From Bdellovibrionales bacterium (GTDB taxonomy: Bacteria; Bdellovibrionota; Bdellovibrionia; Bdellovibrionales; JAUICD01), in assembly GCA_965197425.1 (NCBI GenBank), contig CBDANC010000014.1, forward strand, positions 192,001 through 256,000: DNA of 64,000 bases, given 5' to 3'. The notes beneath the pieces were generated by a model. It made no database searches. It had not been told where the DNA came from and worked only from the letters and a program-made list of their open reading frames with translations. The position numbers were made by a program, and so were the translations under genes. This document shows, piece after piece, positions 52,543 through 64,000 of this stretch. Numbering within the stretch: the first letter of the stretch is position 1; each line of letters opens with the position of its first letter.

Positions 52543-55083
52543 TTACTGAAGCATGCGTTTAGAATACTGTGCTCTTACACCACTAATCTTGCTGGATCTA
52601 GCTTTGAATAAGTCTGTAACTTTATCCATATTTAAAGCACATACAAGTACATCATCAACATGCTCAACAGATACAAATTCCAAATCTTGTGCAACATCTG
52701 CTGGAATTTCTTTTAAATCTTTTTCATTATCTTTTGGATATATGATCTTTTTTATACCACCTCTATGAGCAGCCAGCACTTTTTGCTTAAGCCCACCGAT
52801 TTCCAATACTCTACCTCTTAAAGTAATCTCACCTGTCATAGAAACATGTTGAGTCACTTTTATTTTTGTAAGCGCTGATACAATACTGGTAACGATAGCC
52901 ACTCCAGCAGAAGGTCCATCTTTAGGTATGGCACCCTCTGGAACATGAACATGAACATCTATCTGTTGATAAAAATCTTTGTCCAAACCAAACAACAAAG
53001 CTCTTGATCTTACGTAGCTCATTGAAGCTGTGCAAGACTCTCTCATTACATCACCCAGCTGACCTGTTATTGTAAGTTTTCCTGTTCCAGGTAACACACT
53101 AGCTTCTATCGATAAAAGGTCACCTCCTGTATCTGTCCATGCCATACCATTTGTAAGGCCTATCTCATTGCTACTTGCTTTTTTGTTGTGTTTAAATTTT
53201 TGTACACCTAATAATTTTTTAACCATCTCTTTTCCAATCACAAATGATTTAGATGAATCCTTTGGTTGTTTACCACTTCTATCTATCATAATTTCTTTTG
53301 CAACCTTACGATATATAGTAGAAATTTGCCTGTCCAAACCCCTAACACCAGCCTCTCTGGTGTAATGTCTTATAATAGTTTTAATTGAATCACTTAAAAA
53401 TTTGATTTTGTATTTGCTCAAACCATTAGACTTAAGCTGTTTAGGGATTAAGTATTTTTTTGCTATATGAAATTTCTCATTTTCTGTATAACCTTCAACA
53501 TGTATTAATTCCATTCTATCCAAAAGAGGTCCTGGTATATGATGAGTAGTGTTTGCAGTGGTCACAAACATAACCTTAGATAAATCATAGTCTAGCTCCA
53601 AATAGTGATCTTGAAAAAAAGCATTCTGCTCTGGATCCAAAACCTCCAACAACGCACTAGAAGGATCGCCCCTAAAATCAGTACTCATCTTATCTATTTC
53701 ATCTAATAAAAATAATGGATTTGAAGTTTCTACCTTCTTAAAAGCTTGAATTATCTTGCCAGGCATAGCTCCTACATAAGTTTTCCTATGCCCTCTGATC
53801 TCAGCCTCATCTCTTACGCCCCCAAGTGACACCCTTACAAAATTCTTGCCCATAGCCTTTGCTATAGACTGTCCAAGACTAGTTTTACCAACCCCAGGAG
53901 GGCCTACCAAACATAGTATAGGGCCTTTTGCACCCACCTTTTTTGAATATTTGGTTTCACTAATTTTATCTTCACCACTTTTACTTTTACCATTTTCATG
54001 GATAGCATTTATATTTTTAGAAATGACATTTTTATTTTTTGTACTATCATTGTCCATACTTTCATTACTGATACATTCTACAGCTAGATGTTCTAAAATA
54101 CGTTCTTTGACTTTTTCCAAACCATAATGGTTTTGGTCTAAAGTTTTATGAGCATATGAAAGATTAGATTTATCTTTGGAATAGTTGTGCCAAGGCAAGG
54201 ATATAACCCAATCAATATAATTTCTAATAACTGCAGACTCAGCACTAACAGGCGGCATTAGCTTTAGCTTTTTGATTTCTTTTTTAACCTTAGTTCTAGC
54301 TTCCTTGCTCATTGGCTTTTTGTCTAACAGTTCTTCTAATTCTAAAATGTCAGAGTTAAAGTCGTCTCGTTCTCCTAACTCTTTTTGGATAGCTTGCATT
54401 TGCTCATTTAGGTAATACTCTTTTTGAGACCGTTCCATCTGTCTCTTAACCCTACTTCTTATCTTTTTTTCCACTTCTAATATCTCAATTTCACTAGTCA
54501 TCATACTAAGTAACTCTTCGAGCCTCAGGCCGGGATCAGAAGTTTCTAGGATTTTTTGTTTGTCCTCGATTTTTAAGTTGAGTTGCGCAGCTATAATATC
54601 AGCAAGCTCGCTTACATTTTCTATAGTAGTAACTCTCATCAACATTTCTGGAGGAATTCTTTTGTTTAACTTTACATAACTTTCAAAAGTATCTTTTACA
54701 GATCTAACCAGAGCTTTAGCCTCTAGAGAATTCTTTGGAGTTTCGTCTATTTTTTCCACACATACGGAAAGGAAAGGTTTTGTTTCAATATATTCCTTTA
54801 TTTTTACTCTACACTTGCCCTCTACTAACACTTTTACAGTTCCATCGGGTAATCTTAAAAGCTGTATGATAGTGCCGACAGTTCCAACAGAGTAAATATC
54901 CTCAGGCCCTGGATTTTTTGTCTTGGCCTCCTTTTGAGCGGCTAACACAATATCAATACGCTTATTCATAGCATCTTCTAGAGCATTGATGCTTTTTTCT
55001 CTACCCACAAATAAGGGCATCATCATGTATGGAAAAACTACTAGGTCTCTTAATGGTAAAAGAGGTGTAACTTCTGACATCAA
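52543..55083 (-). CDS. lon: Lon protease
   Basis: [40 protein letters not shown]. Confidence 0.98.
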   Translation of the reverse strand: MMSEVTPLLPLRDLVVFPYMMMPLFVGREKSINALEDAMNKRIDIVLAAQKEAKTKNPGPEDIYSVGTVGTIIQLLRLPDGTVKVLVEGKCRVKIKEYIETKPFLSVCVEKIDETPKNSLEAKALVRSVKDTFESYVKLNKRIPPEMLMRVTTIENVSELADIIAAQLNLKIEDKQKILETSDPGLRLEELLSMMTSEIEILEVEKKIRSRVKRQMERSQKEYYLNEQMQAIQKELGERDDFNSDILELEELLDKKPMSKEARTKVKKEIKKLKLMPPVSAESAVIRNYIDWVISLPWHNYSKDKSNLSYAHKTLDQNHYGLEKVKERILEHLAVECISNESMDNDSTKNKNVISKNINAIHENGKSKSGEDKISETKYSKKVGAKGPILCLVGPPGVGKTSLGQSIAKAMGKNFVRVSLGGVRDEAEIRGHRKTYVGAMPGKIIQAFKKVETSNPLFLLDEIDKMSTDFRGDPSSALLEVLDPEQNAFFQDHYLELDYDLSKVMFVTTANTTHHIPGPLLDRMELIHVEGYTENEKFHIAKKYLIPKQLKSNGLSKYKIKFLSDSIKTIIRHYTREAGVRGLDRQISTIYRKVAKEIMIDRSGKQPKDSSKSFVIGKEMVKKLLGVQKFKHNKKASSNEIGLTNGMAWTDTGGDLLSIEASVLPGTGKLTITGQLGDVMRESCTASMSYVRSRALLFGLDKDFYQQIDVHVHVPEGAIPKDGPSAGVAIVTSIVSALTKIKVTQHVSMTGEITLRGRVLEIGGLKQKVLAAHRGGIKKIIYPKDNEKDLKEIPADVAQDLEFVSVEHVDDVLVCALNMDKVTDLFKARSSKISGVRAQYSKRMLQ

Positions 55084-55112
55084 TTTTCCTTAAATAAATT
55101 CTTAAGCATTTT

Positions 55113-56444
55113 CTAAGCGCTCTCTTCTTTAAGCTCTTCTTCCTCTTTTATAGTATCTTCTGCTTTGGTTTTTAATTTGCGAGATACTTTGCTTTTCTTT
55201 TTTGTTTTTTTACTAGAGTCAAAAACAAGTTTTGGTTTAGCATGTTTGTTTACTACATTTTTGTCAATCACAACCTCTTTAACTTCTTCTTTAGAAGGTA
55301 TCTCATACATTATATCCAGCATTGCCTCTTCTATGACACTCCTTAGACCCCTTGCACCAGTTTTTCTTTTTAGAGACTCCTCGGCGATTGCCTTTAAAGC
55401 ATCGTCTGTAAAAGTCAACTCTACATCCTCAAAGCTAAATAACTTTTTATACTGCTTTGTAAGAGCATTTTTCGGACTTACTAAAATACTTATCAATGCT
55501 TTTTCGTCCAAAGCATCTAATACAGCTAACACTGGCAATCTTCCTATGAACTCTGGTATTAAACCAAACTGAGTTAGATCATCTGGCTGAACATCAGACA
55601 ATAATTGATTCATTTTTGAATCGCTTTTGTCAACATCTGCCGCAAGCCCCATAGTTCTACTAGATGTTCTGTTCTTGATTATTTTGTCCAAACCTACAAA
55701 TGTACCCCCGCATATAAATAATATGTTTGAGGTATCAACCTGTATAAAATCTTGCTGCGGATGCTTTCTTCCACCTTTAGGGGGGAGGTTGGCCACAGTA
55801 CCTTCTAAAATTTTTAACAGTGCTTGTTGAACTCCTTCACCACTAACATCTCTTGTTATAGAAGGGTTTTCTGACTTACGACTAATTTTATCTATCTCAT
55901 CTATGTATATAACACCTCTCTGAGCTTTTTCCACATCATAGTTAGCAGATTGAAGCAAAGATAAAATAATGTTCTCTACATCTTCACCAACATAGCCTGC
56001 CTCTGTAAGAGTGGTTGCATCAGCCATAGTAAATGGAACATTTAAAAGCCTTGCGATAGTCTGTGCAAGTAATGTTTTACCACTTCCAGTGGGACCTATC
56101 AAAAGCACATTACTCTTGGTTAACTCCACATCAGTTTTTTTGTTTTGTTTAGCATTATTGATTCTCTTGTAGTGATTGTGAACAGCAACAGATAGTGCTT
56201 TTTTTGCATGATCTTGACTCACCACATAGTCACCTAAAAAAGATTTTATTTCATGGGGTTTTGGAACATTTAAACCAGGGGTAGTTTTACCATCCCCGTC
56301 TTCCATTACTATTTCATTACAAAGCTCTATACATTCATTGCATATATAAACTCCAGGTCCCGCAACAAGCTTACGCACCTCTTTTTGTGCTTTACTACAA
56401 AAGCTACAAGACAAATAACTGTATTTACCTTTTTTATCACTCAC
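55113..56444 (-). CDS. clpX: ATP-dependent Clp protease ATPase ClpX
   Basis: CSFC zinc finger, [37 protein letters not shown]. Confidence 0.98.
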   Translation of the reverse strand: MSDKKGKYSYLSCSFCSKAQKEVRKLVAGPGVYICNECIELCNEIVMEDGDGKTTPGLNVPKPHEIKSFLGDYVVSQDHAKKALSVAVHNHYKRINNAKQNKKTDVELTKSNVLLIGPTGSGKTLLAQTIARLLNVPFTMADATTLTEAGYVGEDVENIILSLLQSANYDVEKAQRGVIYIDEIDKISRKSENPSITRDVSGEGVQQALLKILEGTVANLPPKGGRKHPQQDFIQVDTSNILFICGGTFVGLDKIIKNRTSSRTMGLAADVDKSDSKMNQLLSDVQPDDLTQFGLIPEFIGRLPVLAVLDALDEKALISILVSPKNALTKQYKKLFSFEDVELTFTDDALKAIAEESLKRKTGARGLRSVIEEAMLDIMYEIPSKEEVKEVVIDKNVVNKHAKPKLVFDSSKKTKKKSKVSRKLKTKAEDTIKEEEELKEESA

Positions 56445-56517
56445 GACTAATCGTTCCTTTCTGCTATCTCTTGTTTTCTATTCACCATCATTAAAAATTA
56501 TAACTGCTTTTTCTAAT

Positions 56518-57120
56518 TTACTTCTTTTTACTTCTGTTTTCTACTACTCTGTCTATAAGGCCAAAGCTCTCTGCTTCTTTAGAGCTAAAGAAAAAGTCTC
56601 GATCCATAGTTTTTTCTAAAACTTTAAATGATTTACTTGTATGCTTTTCATATATACTTGTTAATCTCTTTTTTGTCTCTAAAAGATCTTTTGTGTGTAT
56701 TTCAATATCACTAGCCTGTCCAGACATACCATCCCCTGCTACCAGTGGCTGGTGTATCATTATTTTTGAATTAGGAAGAGCATATCTCTTACCTTTTGTG
56801 CCAGAAGCCAAAAGCAAAGAAGCCATACTAGCTGCAAGCCCTGTACAATAAGTTGCAACATCACAACTTACAAACTGCATAATATCATATATGCCCAGCC
56901 CAGCTGATACACTACCACCTGGAGAATTAACATATAACTGAATATCTTTTTCTGGATTTTCCATTTCCAAAAACAACATCTGAGCTATTACAAGGTTTGC
57001 TATCTCGTCGTGTATAGGGGTACCTATAAAAATAATTCTGTCCTTAAGCAACCTTGAGTAGATATCATAACTTCTCTCTCCCTTAGAAGTCTGCTCAATT
57101 ACAAATGGGATTGTTGGCAT
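56518..57120 (-). CDS. clpP: Clp protease proteolytic subunit
   Basis: [26 protein letters not shown]. Confidence 0.98.
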   Translation of the reverse strand: MPTIPFVIEQTSKGERSYDIYSRLLKDRIIFIGTPIHDEIANLVIAQMLFLEMENPEKDIQLYVNSPGGSVSAGLGIYDIMQFVSCDVATYCTGLAASMASLLLASGTKGKRYALPNSKIMIHQPLVAGDGMSGQASDIEIHTKDLLETKKRLTSIYEKHTSKSFKVLEKTMDRDFFFSSKEAESFGLIDRVVENRSKKK

Positions 57121-57552
57121 AACTCACCTTTATTTAAATGTCTCATTTAGATATATAATACTACGTATGTTCATATTCTATTATCTAAATATTGTATTCA
57201 ACATATTATATTCAGCGTTTGATTATATGCGGTATCTAACGCTAGTTCCAAGTACTTATAATCGGCACTGTAAGAGTGTACCTTAAAGCCATTGTGAGTA
57301 AAAAAACCTATTAATAAAACTTAAAGACCGTTTTGTACTAAACCATAACATACACTGTACCTATGACAATAAGCTAGTGGGCCACAACATCCACTTATAA
57401 GGTGCTAGATTTATAGGTCAGAAATATGTTTGATTTTCCTCCTTTGGCTATGATAGAACTTGGTTTCTGTATGTGTCATCCAAAATTTTTTAGTAAAAAT
57501 TTTAGTAAAAAATAGTTTGTAAAAAACATAAACACCAAACGCAAAAGGTTAA

Positions 57553-59073
57553 GTGAGGGTCGCCATGAAATGTAATATACCTAAAGTTCATCTGTCTGAA
57601 GCCAACGTAGACGCTAGAGACTTTGAAGTGCTGCTATGTCTAAATGACAATGACCGGGTTGTGGCAAAATGCCAGAACGAAGTTCAAGTATTGCTAGACG
57701 AGGCTGCAAAAAATGAAGCTTTTAGAGCCCTACCAGAGACTACTCTAACTCTCATAGGACATGGTGACAAAGCAAAAAATACATTAGCTGTGGGGCTTGG
57801 CTCAGAAAACAAGCTAACGGAGCTAGAATCTTTTAGAAGAATAGGTGCTATAGCTTATAGAGCACTTTTGCAACAAAAAGCAAAAAGTGTGGTGGTCGAT
57901 TTTTCTTACTTTGATAAAAGTGGTTGGTCTAGAAATATGCATAAGTTTATCAGCAGTTTTTATGAAGGTTTCAGGCTTGCCAGTTATAAATTTGCAGAAT
58001 TCAGAGACTCAGAAGAAAACGAACATTATATAGAAGAATTACATATTGTAATAGATGACAAATACCATGATTCGACTAACCAAGCTATAACCATCTCGGA
58101 AGGAATGTGCCATGGTGTAGAGACTGCTAGATGGTTAGGAGATAATCCAGGAAATAAAATAAACCCAGAAACCCTGAGTAACTTTGTAAAAGAAAAGTTT
58201 AAAAATACAGAGATCAAGGTAGATATATGGGAAAAAGATCGTCTAATAAAAGAAAAAATGGAGCTACTTTTAGGAGTAGGTCAAGGGAGTAGCATTCCTC
58301 CAAGGCTCATAGTAATGCAATACAAAAACTCTGACTCTCAACCTGTGTGCTTTGTTGGGAAAGGCATCACATTTGATTCTGGTGGTATAAGCATAAAGCC
58401 CTCTTTACACATGGAGGAGATGAAATTTGATATGTGTGGAGCCGCTGATGTCATCGGTACTATATGTGCCTTGGAAAGAATAAAGGCCAAGGTGAATGTT
58501 ATATGCATTGTTGCTACAGCAGAAAACTTACCAGGTCCTTCTGCCACAAAACCTGGAGATATCCACAAGGGTAGAAATGGGCTTCATGTTGAAGTACAAA
58601 ACACAGATGCTGAAGGTAGACTTGTGCTGGGTGATGCACTAACTTTGGCAAGTGAAAAGAAACCAAAATTTATAGTTGATGCTGCCACACTAACAGGAGC
58701 TATGGTTATAGCTTTGGGTAAATTTCATGTAGGGTACTTTGCAAGGGATGAAAAACTAGCCGAATCAATACAACAAGCCTTAAAAGACTCTGGAGAAAGC
58801 GCATGGAGATTGCCTTTGAGTGAGTCGCACAGAAAACTTATGAAGGGTGATTACTCCGATCTTAAAAACATAGCCGCTAGCAGAGAGTGTGGTAGCGCTC
58901 AAGGAGCTGCATTTCTGTCTTACTTTGTCCAAGAAGACATCCCTTGGGCACACTTTGACATAGCTGGTACAGCTTGGAATGTCGGCGAGGAGTACCCGTA
59001 CTGCAATAAAAAAGGGGCTTCTGGAATAATGGTCAGAACTTTTTGTAGTTTAGCCATCAATGAACAAGCCTAA
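57553..59073 (+). CDS. pepA: Leucyl aminopeptidase (M17)
   Basis: VGKGITFDSGG, MKFDM, NTDAEGRL, ATLTGA, HFDIAG. Confidence 0.96.
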   Translation: MRVAMKCNIPKVHLSEANVDARDFEVLLCLNDNDRVVAKCQNEVQVLLDEAAKNEAFRALPETTLTLIGHGDKAKNTLAVGLGSENKLTELESFRRIGAIAYRALLQQKAKSVVVDFSYFDKSGWSRNMHKFISSFYEGFRLASYKFAEFRDSEENEHYIEELHIVIDDKYHDSTNQAITISEGMCHGVETARWLGDNPGNKINPETLSNFVKEKFKNTEIKVDIWEKDRLIKEKMELLLGVGQGSSIPPRLIVMQYKNSDSQPVCFVGKGITFDSGGISIKPSLHMEEMKFDMCGAADVIGTICALERIKAKVNVICIVATAENLPGPSATKPGDIHKGRNGLHVEVQNTDAEGRLVLGDALTLASEKKPKFIVDAATLTGAMVIALGKFHVGYFARDEKLAESIQQALKDSGESAWRLPLSESHRKLMKGDYSDLKNIAASRECGSAQGAAFLSYFVQEDIPWAHFDIAGTAWNVGEEYPYCNKKGASGIMVRTFCSLAINEQA

Positions 59074-59090
59074 AAATAATATAAACTTAA

Positions 59091-59124
59091 AGTTAGAGTT
59101 AGAGTTAGAGTTAGAGTTAGAGTT
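59091..59124. repeat. Hexamer microsatellite (AGTTAG), about 5.7 copies
   Basis: Read directly from the sequence; lies between convergent genes. Confidence 0.95.
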
Positions 59125-59146
59125 TTTTGTTGTAGGTTGTTTCTTT

Positions 59147-59800
59147 TTATAGACTAAAAGTCCATTTGAAAATGGTTTCTGGCTTAGGGCTTTCTATTTT
59201 TATAACTAAGTCATCTACATCATCAGTTGATGATACAAATACCAGTTCATATGCAATCCATGTGCTGGGCCAAAAATTTCCCAGAAAACTAAACACCATT
59301 TTAGTACCTTGGTAATCTATAACTGTATCGACTACCTCATCAGGTAAAAGAGATTTTATTCTATCTTTTGGTATAACTAAACTTTGAATATAATCTGGAT
59401 CAGTTAGTGCACAATCTGCCTCAACATATAGATTTGGAATTTCGCCTGAAATTGCAACTCCTTCTGCATAAAATTGCATTTGTAGGGAAGAATAAACTTG
59501 GCAAGAATCAATATGATTTTGGTCATCGGATGTTAGTTTAAAAGCAGCAACATTTACGATTATTTCATTTGAGTCTGTTACTTCAACAAAAGACTCTTCA
59601 ACTATTCGCCTGCTAACAGCGTTTTTAAAAGCCTCGCCACTTAGATAGGAATAATCACCATCAAAATCCAAATCTATAGAAGCTATATGCCTGTTCTGAA
59701 CTTCTCCCTTCCCCAAAGACAAATACGAAATACATACAGAAGCTATTAATGCAAAAAAAATTATGCCATGAATTACTTTCATTGTGGACGACACTAGCAT
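59147..59800 (-). CDS. Hypothetical membrane-anchored protein
   Basis: N-terminal TM helix followed by NRHIAS; acidic soluble domain with two Cys. Confidence 0.7.
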   Translation of the reverse strand: MLVSSTMKVIHGIIFFALIASVCISYLSLGKGEVQNRHIASIDLDFDGDYSYLSGEAFKNAVSRRIVEESFVEVTDSNEIIVNVAAFKLTSDDQNHIDSCQVYSSLQMQFYAEGVAISGEIPNLYVEADCALTDPDYIQSLVIPKDRIKSLLPDEVVDTVIDYQGTKMVFSFLGNFWPSTWIAYELVFVSSTDDVDDLVIKIESPKPETIFKWTFSL

Positions 59801-59855
59801 GTGTTATCCCCTTTGGGATAGTAAAATTTGTATGCTACTATAAATTCTGTAATAT

Positions 59856-60284
59856 TTGGATTATTCAATGTCTTATACCTTTGAAAAAATAGAAAATGAT
59901 TTTTTGAAGCTCTCGTGGCAGGACAGGTACAAATACATCATTAGATTAGCAAAAGTACTCCCAGCACTAGACGAAAAATTTAAATCAAAGGATAACTTAG
60001 TAAAAGGGTGTCAATCGCAGGTCTGGCTTACTTGTGAACTAAAAAATCACAAATTACATTTTATGGCAGATAGTGATGCTTTAATAGTAAAAGGACTTAT
60101 TGTAATAGCACTATCTATCTATAACCAAAAAACACCTCCTGAAATACTTAACACTTCAAATACCTTTATAGAAAAATTGGGTCTGAACAAATACCTAACC
60201 CAAACCAGAACAGGCGGACTTGCAGCAATAATCAAACAAATAAAATTCTATGCGCTAGCCTACTCAGCTAAAATACAATTATAA
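59856..60284 (+). CDS. sufE: SufE family Fe-S metabolism protein
   Basis: W.DRY.YII.L, VKGCQSQVW, ADSDALIVKGL. Confidence 0.95.
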   Translation: MDYSMSYTFEKIENDFLKLSWQDRYKYIIRLAKVLPALDEKFKSKDNLVKGCQSQVWLTCELKNHKLHFMADSDALIVKGLIVIALSIYNQKTPPEILNTSNTFIEKLGLNKYLTQTRTGGLAAIIKQIKFYALAYSAKIQL

Positions 60285-60480
60285 ATTATATATTGGCTTA
60301 CTCTTTACAAATTAATTGAAGTAAGATTGTCCATTTGCGATCTGGAAAAGAATCCAGTTTCTACAACATGTTTTTTAGAAAAATATAGAACTTTGGACAA
60401 AGGAAACCGAAAGAGAATACCTAGAAGGCAAAAGACGAAAGGGAAGAAAAAGAGCAACAGGAAGTAAAGGGAATATAAAA

Positions 60481-61029
60481 CTAGATTTGTAAATTGTTAT
60501 GCTTTTGTTTGGCTATTTGTATATCTTCTAAGAGCTTTTGAAGTTTTTCTGATGCATCACTTTGAGCTTTCAAAATCTTCATCCACTTGTTGAAGTTTTT
60601 TAACTCCAACTTCATACCATTTAATACCTTTTTAGCGCCCTGAATAGAATACCTATCTCTATACAAAAGTTTCTTTATCAAAAACACAATCTCAAAATCC
60701 TTTCTATTATACATTCTCTGATTATTAGAAGCCTTCTTGGGTTTAAGAGAAGAAAACTCTGATTCCCAATACCTTAAAATGTAAGGCTTAATACCAGCTA
60801 AAGAAGCAACCTCACCAATTTTAAATAACATCTTATCAGGTATATTTAGCAAATCTCTTTGCAGTTCATCATCAAAACGCTGTGCAAAGCCAGTATCAAC
60901 TTCCAAACCAACACCAGATTGCTCATAAGCTGGATCATTTAACACCACTTCACTATCTAACGTTACCTCTCCATCAGACACTACCTCTCTATTGGGTATA
61001 GCTTCTCTATCTGGTGTTATTTCTTCCAT
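60481..61029 (-). CDS. MerR family transcriptional regulator
   Basis: IPDK.LFKIGEVA...PYILRYWESEF; follows ihfA. Confidence 0.92.
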   Translation of the reverse strand: MEEITPDREAIPNREVVSDGEVTLDSEVVLNDPAYEQSGVGLEVDTGFAQRFDDELQRDLLNIPDKMLFKIGEVASLAGIKPYILRYWESEFSSLKPKKASNNQRMYNRKDFEIVFLIKKLLYRDRYSIQGAKKVLNGMKLELKNFNKWMKILKAQSDASEKLQKLLEDIQIAKQKHNNLQI

Positions 61030-61073
61030 AGAAGACCTCTTTTTATAAAAGCAGCAACTTGCTTAAAAATAAA

Positions 61074-61376
61074 TTATTCATTTAAGTCTGCTTTCAAAAG
61101 CTGACTTGGTTTAAAAGATAAAACTTTTCTAGCACTAATTTTAATGCGTTCTCCAGTTTGAGGGTTTCTACCCATCCTTTCTTTTTTTTGATTTACAGTA
61201 AAATTACCAAAACTAGATAACTTAATGTTGCCATCTTCTTTTAAAGATTTTTTAAGAAGATCAAACACTGTCTCAACCATCTTAGCACTGTCTTTTTTTG
61301 AAAACCCAATCTTAGAATAAATTTTTTCTACCAAACATGCCTTGGTAACTGTACGAACAGAATCAGACATAAGCAC
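61074..61376 (-). CDS. ihfA: Integration host factor alpha
   Basis: FGNF.V..KKER.GRNPQTGE, downstream of pheT. Confidence 0.93.
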   Translation of the reverse strand: MLMSDSVRTVTKACLVEKIYSKIGFSKKDSAKMVETVFDLLKKSLKEDGNIKLSSFGNFTVNQKKERMGRNPQTGERIKISARKVLSFKPSQLLKADLNE

Positions 61377-61396
61377 CTCTTTTAGAATAAGTTAAG

Positions 61397-64000
<2,604 letters not shown>

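Overview
AT-rich bacterial chromosome segment, most likely Bdellovibrionota. The assignment is an inference from dnaX-recR-mglA with the GPSLGGKT P-loop variant and no adjacent mglB, a standalone mreB, and pheST-ihfA-MerR. Most of the window is housekeeping: map, ahcY, two S41 proteases, pdxH, glpD, mreB, fabI, ctaA, pal/cpoB, a caa3-type oxidase operon, dnaX, recR, mglA, clpP-clpX-lon, pepA, sufE, pheS/T, and four tRNAs (Ser-GGA, Met-CAT, Ala-TGC, His-GTG). The accessory content is as follows. (1) A tandem array of four paralogous lipoproteins sharing an unrecognised ~190-220 aa domain with 10 conserved cysteines on acidic stalks of variable length (33.8-37.9 kb). (2) A dispersed, modular, hairpin-containing intergenic repeat family at 8-9 loci, including a mini-array with two 33-nt unique spacers beside tRNA-His. 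(3) Five ankyrin-repeat genes with apparent export signals; one is disrupted and four share a post-signal C-x-x-x-L motif. (4) A lytic transglycosylase plus secreted partner next to tRNA-Ala. (5) Two apparent pseudo-enzymes: a cytochrome c fold without CxxCH and a trypsin fold without its His/Ser. The heme O synthase gene is frameshifted. I recognised no transposase, integrase or cas gene. All family assignments come from motif recognition by eye, not database searches.
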